This document shows positions 20,340 through 30,319 of a stretch of 64,000 nucleotides of DNA, piece after piece. The DNA lies in IMG/VR virus record IMGVR_UViG_3300020714_000006. One strand, 5' to 3'. Source of the stretch: a virus (taxonomy: Duplodnaviria; Heunggongvirae; Uroviricota; Caudoviricetes). The notes under the pieces were generated by a model that made no database searches, was not told where the DNA came from, and saw only the letters and a list, made by a program, of their open reading frames with translations. Made by a program: the position numbers and the translations under genes. The first letter of the stretch is position 1; each line of letters opens with the position of its first letter.

Positions 20340-20361
20340 GATAAATATATGAATATTTATA
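20340..20361. promoter_or_regulatory. Interleaved divergent late promoters
   Basis: GATAAATA (+, 20340-20347) serves the ORF at 20386; TATAAATA (-, 20354-20361) serves the ORF at 20330. Confidence 0.6.
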
Positions 20362-20385
20362 TATTAAATTTTTTAGGAAAATAAA

Positions 20386-22413
20386 ATGACAGAACAAGTA
20401 GATTTTAGTGATAGAAGTATTGAAAAGTTAGTTAGAGGTATAACTGGGAATACTGGTGGAAATAGTCGCCCATCATTTAGTTCTGGGTCTGGTTCTGGTC
20501 TTGAATCAATGTTACCAACTGGAATTTTTGGTAACGTAGCCAAAACAATGAACAGTTTTATCGATAGTACTAAATCTGGTCTTGACCAATGGCGATATGC
20601 TAATAGTAATTTTGGTATGGCACTGAATAATGATGCTGGACAATTAAATGCATCAGTTACCCAAACTAGAATGACATTCAATGAATTTATAGATGCAGTA
20701 GACTATGGAAAAATTGGGTTTACCTCTATTGGTGGCACCATGACCGAAAGTGCTAAAGTTTTCTTAAAAGTATCTACTGAACTATCTGATATAAATGGTG
20801 ATGCATTAAGACAAATGGGATTTGAACAAGGCGAATATAATAAATTATTAGCCATAACAATGTCATCATCACGCCACCTTGATTTACAAAAGAAAGAAGA
20901 TCAGGCAAAAGCTAGGGAATCAACTGTCGCATTGGCTACCGAAATGGACAAAATGGCCAAATTAACTGGTATCAGTAGAAAAGAGCAAGAAGACAATATG
21001 ATTGCTGTGCAAAATGATATGAGGGTTCAAGCAAAATTTAGGGAAATGGAGAAGCAAGGACTTGATACAACAGCATTAAAAACCCAATATAAAAATGCAA
21101 TGGCAATGGGTGAAGGCGCCAGGGATTCGATGCAACAGATAATTACTGGCGGTCAAATGACCCAAAAAGCAATTTATTATAATATGCAAACTGGTGCAGA
21201 ACTTCATAGTGCACAATCAGCAGCCACTCAACAAATGATGTCTAGAAATGCCGAAGAAAGAGCAGCGGGTGAACGTAATTCATTAATTGCACAAGAAACT
21301 GCAAAAGCTAAATTGTTGTCAGATACATCACTTAATAACATTGCAATGACTCAAATAAATAACGAATTTGTAGAAAGTTTATTAGAAAATCAGAGGGGAG
21401 CACTAAAGGGTGGGGGTGGTGCAACAAATAAAACTTCCGATGAAAATAATATAAAAATCCAAGAGGGTTTGTTAAAAAGATTAGAGATCGTTGAAAAAGA
21501 CCAAAGAGGACTAGATGTTGAAGGGATAAAGTCAAAAGGAACTGAAGCTACTCAATTTAATGTAAAAGTTGGCACAACACTGCTAGATTTCAGCAAAAAA
21601 TCCGGTGAAATTCAAGAATCGTTGAATAATGCGTGGGGTAGAGAAATTGAACAATTAAAATTATTAGATAATCTTACTGAACTACGTAACATAGACGGAA
21701 AGGCATTTGCTGATAATATTGGTGGTATGGGTAGTGCTATAGATAATTTTAGTAAATCATTGAATAATGGCACTGCGACAAAAGACCTGCTAACAAATAT
21801 TCAAACGCTTGCTGAAAGTAGTTTTGCAGCAATTACCAAGGGAGCAGCAAAAGGTATGGAGATTGGATTAAATCAATTTGATGCCAAAATCAAGCCAAGT
21901 CCAGAAGTTTCTGGTCCAATTATTCAACCTCCTGGACATATTACAAAACCAGGACGAGCTGGTGGTTCTAAAGAAGCAACTGGTGAATGGTTTGAAAATT
22001 TTGGTGCTGGTACTGATATGACATTACACGGTATGGAAGCAGTAGTTCCAAAAGATAAAATGCCGCAATTTATTGCAGAAATGCAACAACAAATGATGGG
22101 TAAAAAATCTCCAAATGATGTTTTTACACAACTGGAAAATATATCAAAAAATAATTTAGCAAAACTTGAATCATCAGAAATGTATAAAAGAAATAATTCA
22201 GTACCACCTGCTGTTCAACCACCGGTTCCACCTGAAAATAAACCACAGTTGCCTGAAACTGGGGCAGTAACTATAAAAGATCTTAATGATCAGCTAACAA
22301 AGTTAAATACAATAATGGTTAAGTTGGTATCGAATACTACTGAAATGATTGACGTCGAAAATAATATATATAGAGCAACTAAACGAACATCTCGTGATTT
22401 ACACGCAAGATAA
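20386..22413 (+). CDS. Putative tape measure / gp29-like protein
   Basis: Long helical A/Q/M/K-rich sequence, LATEMDKMAKLTGISRKEQ, and C-terminal FGAGTDMTLHGMEAVVP motif; adjacent to the chaperone pair. Confidence 0.6.
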   Translation: MTEQVDFSDRSIEKLVRGITGNTGGNSRPSFSSGSGSGLESMLPTGIFGNVAKTMNSFIDSTKSGLDQWRYANSNFGMALNNDAGQLNASVTQTRMTFNEFIDAVDYGKIGFTSIGGTMTESAKVFLKVSTELSDINGDALRQMGFEQGEYNKLLAITMSSSRHLDLQKKEDQAKARESTVALATEMDKMAKLTGISRKEQEDNMIAVQNDMRVQAKFREMEKQGLDTTALKTQYKNAMAMGEGARDSMQQIITGGQMTQKAIYYNMQTGAELHSAQSAATQQMMSRNAEERAAGERNSLIAQETAKAKLLSDTSLNNIAMTQINNEFVESLLENQRGALKGGGGATNKTSDENNIKIQEGLLKRLEIVEKDQRGLDVEGIKSKGTEATQFNVKVGTTLLDFSKKSGEIQESLNNAWGREIEQLKLLDNLTELRNIDGKAFADNIGGMGSAIDNFSKSLNNGTATKDLLTNIQTLAESSFAAITKGAAKGMEIGLNQFDAKIKPSPEVSGPIIQPPGHITKPGRAGGSKEATGEWFENFGAGTDMTLHGMEAVVPKDKMPQFIAEMQQQMMGKKSPNDVFTQLENISKNNLAKLESSEMYKRNNSVPPAVQPPVPPENKPQLPETGAVTIKDLNDQLTKLNTIMVKLVSNTTEMIDVENNIYRATKRTSRDLHAR

Positions 22414-22425
22414 GGAAATACATAA

Positions 22426-25400
22426 ATGGCATGGAAAAAATTCTTCACACCGGTAGAACAGGGCAATAATTTAAGTCCAGTATCCGGTAATACATCTAAG
22501 GCAGGACCAGCTAGAACTAATTATTCTAGTTACTTACCTGATGTTTATACTGGTAGTCCAAATAGAGTGGACAGATATCAACAATATGAAGTAATGGACA
22601 GTGATCCAGAAGTAAATGCTGCGCTCGATATATTAGCAGAATTCTGTACACAAAAAGAAAAAGACGGTAAAAGCCCATTTAATGTTAAATGGCGTAGTAA
22701 AGCAACCAATTCTGAAGTAAGAATATTGGGTGAATATTTACAACAATGGAATAGATTACAATTATTTGATACTAGAATATTTCGCATTGTTAGAAATGTA
22801 TTTAAATATGGTGATGCATTTTTCATCAGAGATCCTGAAACACAAAAATGGACATGGGTTGACCCAACTAAAATTGTAAAAATTATAGTCAACGAAAGTG
22901 ATGGTAAAAAACCAGAACAATATGTTATTAAAGATTTAGCTCCAAATTTTGAAAGTTTAGTAGCTACACAAATAACACCAAATGTTAATCCACGACAAAA
23001 TGGAATGGGTGTAATTCCTAGTAGCGGCTATTCAGGTGCTGGACCAACCAATAGTGGTTCATCTGGAGCATCTGCATCTAGTACTGGTAATCGTTGGGGA
23101 TTAGCAGAAACTGAACATGCTATTAATTCTGAACATGTTATTCACTTATCATTATCTGAAGGATTGGATAACAATTTTCCATTTGGAAATAGTTTATTAG
23201 AAAATGTATTTAAAGTATACAAACAAAAAGAATTATTAGAAGATGCAATTTTAATATATCGTATTCAAAGAGCACCAGAACGCAGAGTATTTCATATTGA
23301 TGTTGGAAATATGCCAAGTCATTTAGCAATGGCATTTGTTGAGCGTGTTAAAAATGAAATACATCAAAGAAGAATACCAAGTCAAACTGGTGGTGGACAA
23401 AATGTAATAGATAGCGCATATAATCCCCTATGTCTTGATTTATCTACTAGAATACCATTATTAGACGGTAGAGTATTGACATTAAATGAATTAATAACTG
23501 AATTTGAACAAGGTAAAGAAAATTGGGCATATAGCTGTAATCCAGAAACAGGAAAAGTTGTACCTGGTGTTATTAATTGGGCTGGCGTCACTAGAAAAAA
23601 TACCGAGGTTATACAATTAACTTTTGATAATGGTGAAACATTGATATGTACACCTGATCACAAAATACCAGTATTTGGTAAAGGTTTTGTAGAAGCGAAA
23701 GATTTGGCAGCCGATGACAGTTTAATTGCTTTTAATATTAGAGACAAATCGATATCCGGTGGTAAAACTAACAAGTATCAACAAGTATGGGATCATGAAA
23801 CAAAAGCATGGATTTGGACACATAGAATGGTTGGTGAGTTTTTTAGAGAACGTGATAAACATCAAGAATTTACATATCTTGCAGAATATGTAAATTCTGC
23901 AAAATGTACTATTCATCATAAAGACAGTAATCGATTTAATAATGATCCAAGAAATCTAACATATATGAATAAAGAAGATCATATTTTATATCATTCTGTT
24001 CAGAAACATGATTTTTGGAAAAACATGAGTGATGAATATAGAAGTCAAATGACTGATAAAATTTCAAAATCATTAAAAAAATATTGGGCTGAGATGACTC
24101 CTGTTGAACGAACATCTGCACTATGGAATATTCGTAATGCACAACAGAAAGCAGTATGGATGAGACAAAATGACAGAGAAACAATGCAAAGATATAAATC
24201 TGCTGCTAGTGCATCTAGAAAACAATATATTAAAAATAACCCAGAATTTAAAAAAATTCTTGATAACAATCTTAAATCAAGAGTAAAAATTAAAAATCAA
24301 GAATTGAGTTTGACTTTTCCGATGTTACAACGAATAGCTGACAAGGTTAACGCTGGTTATACAAATAAAAATGAAGTTATTTCATTGTGTGATGATGACA
24401 ATATATTGTTAGAAATGGTTAGGAAAGAGAATTCTACCAAAATGGAATACAAAAATGCACAATGTAAAATTGATTTTTCAAAATTTGGTTATAGTAAATT
24501 AGATCGACTTATTAACAAATTTGGTTATAAGAATTGGAAGACATTCGTTAAAAATATTGAAACTTTTAATCATAAAGTAGTGAAGATTGAAAAGATTTCA
24601 AATAGAGATACCGGTACTATAACAATCGACGGAACTGAATGCTGGCATGATTATCATACATTTGCAATCGAAAGTGGAATTTTTGTTAAAAATTCAATAA
24701 ATGAAGATTACTTCTTCCCGATGACTGCGGATGGTCGTGGTAGTAAAGTTGATGTATTACCAGGTGGTACAAACCTTGGTGAAATTGATGATTTAAAATA
24801 CTTTACCAACAAATTATTCCGTGGTTTACGTATACCAAGTTCTTACTTACCAACTGGTGCAGATGATAGTCAAGCATCATTTAATGATGGACGTGTTGGA
24901 ACAGCATACATTCAAGAATTAAGATTTAACAAATACTGTGAAAGATTGCAAAATCTTATTACAGCTATATTTGATAATGAATTTAAATTGTTTATGAATT
25001 CACGTGGTGTAAATATTGATTCTAGTTTATTTGAATTGTCATTTAATCCGCCAATGAACTTTGCAAGTTCTCGACAAGCTGCAATGGATACTGAACGTAT
25101 TAATACATTTAATACTATTCAGGGTATTCCATATATGAGTAAAAGATTTGCTATGAAACGTTTCTTGGGATTGAGTGATGATGAAATGGCAGAGAATGAA
25201 CGTTTATGGGGTGAAGAATCAGGAAAAGGTCAACCAACACATACTGATGCGGCTGGTGAAATGCGAAGTGCTGGATTATCAGCTGCTGGTATTGAAGGTG
25301 ATATGGGCATGGCTGGTGATTTAAGTGCACCAGACGGTATGGAAGGTGAAATGCCACCATCTGAAGCGGGTGCACCTGGTGTTGCGCCTGGAATGCCTGG

Positions 25401-25431
25401 TGGAATGCCAGGTTCTGCTCCACAAGTATAA
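22426..25431 (+). CDS. gp20: Portal vertex protein gp20-like, interrupted by an intein
   Basis: LLEDAILIYRIQRAPERRVFHIDVGNMP, EDYFFP...GSKVDVLPGGTNLGEIDDLKYF are gp20 motifs; 421-aa insert between YNPL and SINEDY. Confidence 0.92.
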   Translation: MAWKKFFTPVEQGNNLSPVSGNTSKAGPARTNYSSYLPDVYTGSPNRVDRYQQYEVMDSDPEVNAALDILAEFCTQKEKDGKSPFNVKWRSKATNSEVRILGEYLQQWNRLQLFDTRIFRIVRNVFKYGDAFFIRDPETQKWTWVDPTKIVKIIVNESDGKKPEQYVIKDLAPNFESLVATQITPNVNPRQNGMGVIPSSGYSGAGPTNSGSSGASASSTGNRWGLAETEHAINSEHVIHLSLSEGLDNNFPFGNSLLENVFKVYKQKELLEDAILIYRIQRAPERRVFHIDVGNMPSHLAMAFVERVKNEIHQRRIPSQTGGGQNVIDSAYNPLCLDLSTRIPLLDGRVLTLNELITEFEQGKENWAYSCNPETGKVVPGVINWAGVTRKNTEVIQLTFDNGETLICTPDHKIPVFGKGFVEAKDLAADDSLIAFNIRDKSISGGKTNKYQQVWDHETKAWIWTHRMVGEFFRERDKHQEFTYLAEYVNSAKCTIHHKDSNRFNNDPRNLTYMNKEDHILYHSVQKHDFWKNMSDEYRSQMTDKISKSLKKYWAEMTPVERTSALWNIRNAQQKAVWMRQNDRETMQRYKSAASASRKQYIKNNPEFKKILDNNLKSRVKIKNQELSLTFPMLQRIADKVNAGYTNKNEVISLCDDDNILLEMVRKENSTKMEYKNAQCKIDFSKFGYSKLDRLINKFGYKNWKTFVKNIETFNHKVVKIEKISNRDTGTITIDGTECWHDYHTFAIESGIFVKNSINEDYFFPMTADGRGSKVDVLPGGTNLGEIDDLKYFTNKLFRGLRIPSSYLPTGADDSQASFNDGRVGTAYIQELRFNKYCERLQNLITAIFDNEFKLFMNSRGVNIDSSLFELSFNPPMNFASSRQAAMDTERINTFNTIQGIPYMSKRFAMKRFLGLSDDEMAENERLWGEESGKGQPTHTDAAGEMRSAGLSAAGIEGDMGMAGDLSAPDGMEGEMPPSEAGAPGVAPGMPGGMPGSAPQV
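23431..24693 (+). mobile_element. Intein with HNH homing endonuclease in the portal gene (aa 336-756)
   Basis: Block A CLDLSTRIPLLDG, block B LICTPDHKI, HNH motif IHHKDSNRFNNDPRNL, blocks F/G TGTITIDG...HTFAIESGIFVKN followed by +1 Ser. Confidence 0.92.
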
Positions 25432-25438
25432 ATACATT

Positions 25439-25675
25439 ATGATTTTACGAGAATTATTTTATATAGATCCAGATACTAGACAGGTTGCTAGTGAGTTACG
25501 TTACGAACCAAAACGTGATGAGACTACTATGCACCGTGGTGATACTAGAAAGTCACGACTAACTTTAGGTCAATTAAATGAACTTAGAAAAAGTAGTGAA
25601 GCTCATTTATTAGAGCAAGAAGCAGAATTGGATTTTATTCATGCAATGTATTCTACACCACCACCTACTGCATAA
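25439..25675 (+). CDS. Small conserved head-module protein (gp68-like position)
   Basis: Probable start ATG 25439 (MILRELF...DTRKSRLTLGQLNELRK), 4 nt after TATAAATA at 25427-25434; between portal and core protein. Confidence 0.65.
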   Translation: MILRELFYIDPDTRQVASELRYEPKRDETTMHRGDTRKSRLTLGQLNELRKSSEAHLLEQEAELDFIHAMYSTPPPTA

Positions 25676-25775
25676 ATTCACAAAAATAGCCTTTTTTGAC
25701 TATTATAGCTACATATTTACTAAATAATGTAAATAAGATACAGCCTTGCATGTAATATTAACAGGAGAATTACTA

Positions 25776-26645
25776 ATGACAGATCGCGCACAATTTGAAG
25801 CTATGCTTGAAGCTTTGATCAATGAAGATCAAGAAACAGCAAAAGAAATTTTTCACAACATTGTTGTTGGAAAATCACGTGAAATATATGAAGAATTATT
25901 AGAATCAGACTTCCCAGGTTCTGAAGAAGAAGAGGAAGAAGAAACTGATTCTGAAGAAGACGAAGAAGAATCAGATGAAGAAGATGATTCAGAAAATCCT
26001 TTTGGTGATGATGAAGAATCAGATGATGAAGAAGATGATTCAGAAAATCCATTTGGTGACGAAGAAGATGATGAAATGGGTGAAGGTGATTTAGAAGATC
26101 GCGTAATGGACCTTGAAGATGCATTAGAAGAATTAAAAGCTGAATTTGAAGAATTGTTAGCTGGTGAAGAAAATGAGCCAGAACATTCTGATATGTTTGG
26201 TGGTGAAGAAGAACCAGAATTTGGTGACGAAGAAGGTGAAGAAGATGAATTTGGCGCTGAGTTAGGTGCTGATGACCAAGAAGTTAAAGAAATTACAGTT
26301 AACCATAAATTTCCAAAAGATGAAATGGAAGCATTCATGGAATATGTAAACAAAGTTGCATTACCAAAACATGGTGACAATGGTGTTCAAACTAAATCAG
26401 TTATTGACAACATGAAAAATGACATGGGTGGTAAAGTAATTGGTCGTTCTTCAGATGAAACAAAAGGTGGATCAAATGGTGGATTGTTAAATCCAGCTAC
26501 AAAACCACAAACTGGCGGTAACGTAAATGTACCTGGTGCTAAATCAGCTACAAAATTAAGTTCAGTTAGTAAAGGTCACGGTGCTGAGAAAAAAGGTACT
26601 GGTGAAAAATCAGTAAACGACACAAGTTTATTTAGAGGTAAATAA
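25776..26645 (+). CDS. Acidic prohead core protein (gp67-like)
   Basis: Very Glu/Asp-rich, with a duplicated EESD(D)EEDDSENPFGD unit. Start ATG 25776 after AGGAG; TAAATA boxes at 25721 and 25730. Confidence 0.6.
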   Translation: MTDRAQFEAMLEALINEDQETAKEIFHNIVVGKSREIYEELLESDFPGSEEEEEEETDSEEDEEESDEEDDSENPFGDDEESDDEEDDSENPFGDEEDDEMGEGDLEDRVMDLEDALEELKAEFEELLAGEENEPEHSDMFGGEEEPEFGDEEGEEDEFGAELGADDQEVKEITVNHKFPKDEMEAFMEYVNKVALPKHGDNGVQTKSVIDNMKNDMGGKVIGRSSDETKGGSNGGLLNPATKPQTGGNVNVPGAKSATKLSSVSKGHGAEKKGTGEKSVNDTSLFRGK

Positions 26646-26648
26646 AAT

Positions 26649-27275
26649 ATGTTTCATCTCCGAGAAAACCTCAGTTTCAACGAAGCTAATATGATTGTTG
26701 AATCTGATGACAGAGACGGTAAAAACTTGTATATGAGTGGAATTTGCATTCAGGGAGGCATTCGCAATGCCAACCAACGAGTTTATCCTGTTAGTGAGAT
26801 TAGCAAGGCTGTTAAGACCCTTAATGATCAGATTCAGAACGGTTATTCAGTTCTCGGAGAAGTAGATCATCCAGATGATCTAAAAATAAATTTGGACCGT
26901 GTATCCCATATGATAACTAATATGTGGATGGACGGACCAAATGGTTACGGCAAGCTTAAAATCTTGCCAACCCCTATGGGACAACTGATTAAAACAATGC
27001 TGGAAAGTGGAGTTAAATTGGGAGTGTCTTCTAGAGGTTCTGGAAACGTCAGCGGTGACGGTTCTAATGAAGTATCAGATTTTGAGATTATCACAGTAGA
27101 TATGGTGGCCCAGCCATCCGCTCCAGGTGCTTACCCAACACCAATTTATGAACATCTTATGAATACAAAAGGTGGTTATAATGCCTTTCGCATAGCGCAA
27201 GAGGTGAAAGGTGATCCACACGCGCAAAAATATCTCAAAGAATCTTTAGTTAATATTATTAATGGATTGAAATAA
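26649..27275 (+). CDS. gp21: Prohead protease gp21-like
   Basis: GICIQGGIRNANQRVYP, LGEVDHP, GVSSRGSG, DMVAQPSAPGAY. Confidence 0.93.
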   Translation: MFHLRENLSFNEANMIVESDDRDGKNLYMSGICIQGGIRNANQRVYPVSEISKAVKTLNDQIQNGYSVLGEVDHPDDLKINLDRVSHMITNMWMDGPNGYGKLKILPTPMGQLIKTMLESGVKLGVSSRGSGNVSGDGSNEVSDFEIITVDMVAQPSAPGAYPTPIYEHLMNTKGGYNAFRIAQEVKGDPHAQKYLKESLVNIINGLK

Positions 27276-27940
27276 TGACGATTGCTTATTTGTATAAATG
27301 GACAAATAAATTATCTGGAAAATGGTACATAGGCTCTAGAACTAGAAAAGATTGTCATCCAAATGATGGCTATATTTGTTCCAGTAAACTTGTTAGACCA
27401 ATGATAATTGAAGATCGGTCTAATTGGAAAAGAACCATTTTGGTTATTGGTAATCCACCATATATTAGAGAATTGGAAAGTAAATTATTAACTAGTTTAA
27501 ATGCTGCGGACAGTAACATGAGTTTTAATCAACACAATGGTGCTGGAAAATTCTCTACTACTGGAATAGCCACAAGTAATAAAGGTAAAACTGGATTACA
27601 AGTAGCATGGAATAAAGGACTACCAAAAGAAAAACAACCATTTTTTGGAAAATCAATTAGTCATGAAGTTCGTGAAAAATTGAGTATTAGAAAACAGGGT
27701 GAAAATAACCCAATGTACGGTAAACCAGCGTGGAACAAGGGTTTAACTGGTATAATCCATTCTGAAGAATCAAATAAAAAACGCAGTGAATCTTTGAAAG
27801 GGAAATCTCGTTCACCAGAAACGATAGCAAAAATAAAAAGAACAAAAGCAGCTAACAAAGCTGCGAAACTAAATACCGCAGTAGAAATACCAACGTATAA
27901 CAAAACCGAGAACCTGTATTATACAGGAAATCTCCACTAA
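27275..27940 (+). CDS. Free-standing GIY-YIG homing endonuclease with NUMOD3/AWNKG repeats
   Basis: YLYKWTNKLSGKWYIGS; AWNKG twice, NPMYGK, HSEESNKKRSESLKGK. Paralogous to 16423-17136. Confidence 0.8.
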   Translation: MTIAYLYKWTNKLSGKWYIGSRTRKDCHPNDGYICSSKLVRPMIIEDRSNWKRTILVIGNPPYIRELESKLLTSLNAADSNMSFNQHNGAGKFSTTGIATSNKGKTGLQVAWNKGLPKEKQPFFGKSISHEVREKLSIRKQGENNPMYGKPAWNKGLTGIIHSEESNKKRSESLKGKSRSPETIAKIKRTKAANKAAKLNTAVEIPTYNKTENLYYTGNLH

Positions 27941-27952
27941 TAGGAGAACCAC

Positions 27953-29038
27953 ATGTTAGATGCATTAAACAAGTTATTTGAAAACAATGTGATATCTGGT
28001 GAGATTAAAGAGTCAATTGAACAAGCTTGGGATCGTAAAATAAACGAAAACCGTGAACAAGTAAGTCAACAATTACGTGAAGAATTTGCACAAAAATACG
28101 AACACGATAAATCGACAATGGTTGAAGCAGTAGATCGCATGATTTCTGACCAACTAAAAAGTGAAATCGGTGAGTTTGCAGATGATCGTAAGCAATTAGC
28201 AGAAATGAAAGTTAAATATGCTAGAAAAATTTCAGAAAGTGCTGGTGTTATGAAACAATTCGTAACTCGTCAGTTGGCTTCTGAAGTTAAAGAATTGCAC
28301 GAAGATCAAATACAAATGGCTAGTAAATTTGGCACATTAGAAAATTTCGTAGTTGAAGCTCTAGCTCAAGAAATTACAGAGTTTTACAAAGATAAACAAG
28401 AATTAGCCGAAACGAAAGTTAAAGTACTTCGTGAAGGTCGTAAAGAAATACAAAAAGTAAAAGAACAATTTGTTCAACGTGCGGCAACAATGGTTGAAAG
28501 TGTTGTAAATAAAGGATTACGTTCTGAAATTACATCATTAAAAGAAGACATTGAAGCAGCTCGTAGACAAGAGTTTGGTCGTAAGTTATTCGAAGCATTT
28601 GCAGCTGAATATCAGACTAGTTACTTGAGTGAAAAATCGGAAACTGCTAAATTACTCAAAGTCATAGACATGAAAGATCAAGCAATGCAAGAAGCGGCCC
28701 ACGCGGTTGTGAAAGCGGAAAAGATTTTAGAAAGTAAACAAGCAGAAATCCGTGCGTTGAAAGAAGCACAAGAAAGAAAAGAAATTATGAGCGAACTTTT
28801 ATCTCCATTAAATGGCGAGCAACGTTCAATTATGAATGAATTAATGGAGAGTGTAAAAACCTCAAAACTTAATGAAAGTTTCGAAAAGTATTTACCTGCT
28901 GTTGTAGCTGGAAAAGCTCCACAGAAAAGACAGGCACTAGTAGAGGCTAAAGAAATAACTGGAAATAAAATTTCCAAAACCAATCGTAGCAGCGACGACT
29001 CTAATATCATTGATATGCGTAGACTCGCTGGGCTTTAA
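27953..29038 (+). CDS. gp22: Prohead scaffolding protein gp22-like
   Basis: Coiled-coil E/K/Q-rich protein between protease and capsid; ends MRRLAGL; AGGAG SD. Confidence 0.75.
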   Translation: MLDALNKLFENNVISGEIKESIEQAWDRKINENREQVSQQLREEFAQKYEHDKSTMVEAVDRMISDQLKSEIGEFADDRKQLAEMKVKYARKISESAGVMKQFVTRQLASEVKELHEDQIQMASKFGTLENFVVEALAQEITEFYKDKQELAETKVKVLREGRKEIQKVKEQFVQRAATMVESVVNKGLRSEITSLKEDIEAARRQEFGRKLFEAFAAEYQTSYLSEKSETAKLLKVIDMKDQAMQEAAHAVVKAEKILESKQAEIRALKEAQERKEIMSELLSPLNGEQRSIMNELMESVKTSKLNESFEKYLPAVVAGKAPQKRQALVEAKEITGNKISKTNRSSDDSNIIDMRRLAGL

Positions 29039-29055
29039 ATTTAAGGAGAAATTAA

Positions 29056-30222
29056 ATGTCAGAACTACTTAATGGCCGTTGGGCGGAAACGAAAGAAGCC
29101 CTATTAGAAGGTCTACAAGGAACAAAAAAATCAGTAATGGGTGTAACTTTAGAAAACACTCGTAAATATTTAACAGAAAGCGCAACTGCTGGTGCTACAT
29201 CAGCTGGTAACGTTGCTACTTTAAACCGTGTTATTTTACCAGTTATTCGTCGTGTAATGCCTACAGTTATTGCTAACGAATTAGTTGGTGTACAACCAAT
29301 GACAGGTCCTGTTGGCCAAATTCACACTTTACGTGTTCGTTATGCTGATAGTGCAACTGGTGTTACTGCTGGTGAAGAAGCGTTAAGCCCATTTAAAATT
29401 GCAGAAGCTTATTCAGGTAATGATACATCACCTGCTGGAGCAACTTCAACTGCTAGCTTAGAAGGACAAGCTGGTAAAAGAATGAGCATCCAAATCTTGA
29501 AACAAACTGTTGAAGCGAAAACTCGTAAATTGAGTGCTCGTTGGACTTTTGAATCAGCACAAGATGCACAATCACAACAAGGTATTGATGTTGAAGCAGA
29601 AATTATGGCTGCTCTAGCTCAAGAAATTACTGCTGAAATTGACCAAGAAATCATCGGGTCTTTAATTTCATTAGCTGGTACACCAACACAAACTTATGAC
29701 CAAGCAAATGTATCTGGTACAGCTACATTCGTAGGTGATGAACATGCTGCTTTAGCTATCCAAATCAACCGTGTGAGCAACTTGATTGCACAACGTACAC
29801 GTCGTGGTGCTGGTAACTATGCTGTTGTATCTCCATTTGCATTAACAATTTTACAATCTGCTACTACTTCAGCTTTTGCTCGTACTACAGAAGGTACTTT
29901 TGAAGCTCCTACAAATACTAAATTTGTTGGTACTTTAAACAATGCATTAAAAGTATATGTAAACAGCTACGCTAACGACGCAACTTCAATCTTGGTTGGC
30001 TATAAAGGTGCTTCTGAATCAGACGCTCCAGCGTTTTACTGCCCATACATTCCATTGATGTCAAGTGGTGTTGTTTTAGATCCATCAACATTCGAACCAG
30101 TTGTAAGCTTTATGACAAGATATGGCTACGTGGAGCTTAGTAATACTGCATCATCTTTAGGTAATGCTGCGGATTACTTAGGTTTAGTTCAAATTAATAG
30201 TGCAAACGTTAAATTTAGCTAA
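29056..30222 (+). CDS. gp23: Major capsid protein gp23-like
   Basis: LPVIRRVMPTVIANELVGVQPMTGPVGQI, TRKLSARWTFE, AFYCPYIPL, FMTRYG; strong AAGGAG SD. Confidence 0.96.
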   Translation: MSELLNGRWAETKEALLEGLQGTKKSVMGVTLENTRKYLTESATAGATSAGNVATLNRVILPVIRRVMPTVIANELVGVQPMTGPVGQIHTLRVRYADSATGVTAGEEALSPFKIAEAYSGNDTSPAGATSTASLEGQAGKRMSIQILKQTVEAKTRKLSARWTFESAQDAQSQQGIDVEAEIMAALAQEITAEIDQEIIGSLISLAGTPTQTYDQANVSGTATFVGDEHAALAIQINRVSNLIAQRTRRGAGNYAVVSPFALTILQSATTSAFARTTEGTFEAPTNTKFVGTLNNALKVYVNSYANDATSILVGYKGASESDAPAFYCPYIPLMSSGVVLDPSTFEPVVSFMTRYGYVELSNTASSLGNAADYLGLVQINSANVKFS

Positions 30223-30250
30223 TACTTAGTTATTTGTAATATATCAATTA

Positions 30251-30275
30251 AAAACCACCTTCGGGTGGTTTTTTT
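30251..30275 (+). terminator. Intrinsic terminator after the major capsid gene
   Basis: AAAACCACC-TTCG-GGTGGTTTT followed by a T-tract. Confidence 0.9.
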
Positions 30276-30319
30276 GTGATATAATATTCTATATTGAACT
30301 AAGAAACATAAATAGATAT

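Noticed and set aside
25819-26380. Ser-rich and His/Leu-rich antisense ORFs
   Set aside because: Reverse complement of GAA/GAT runs in the acidic core protein.
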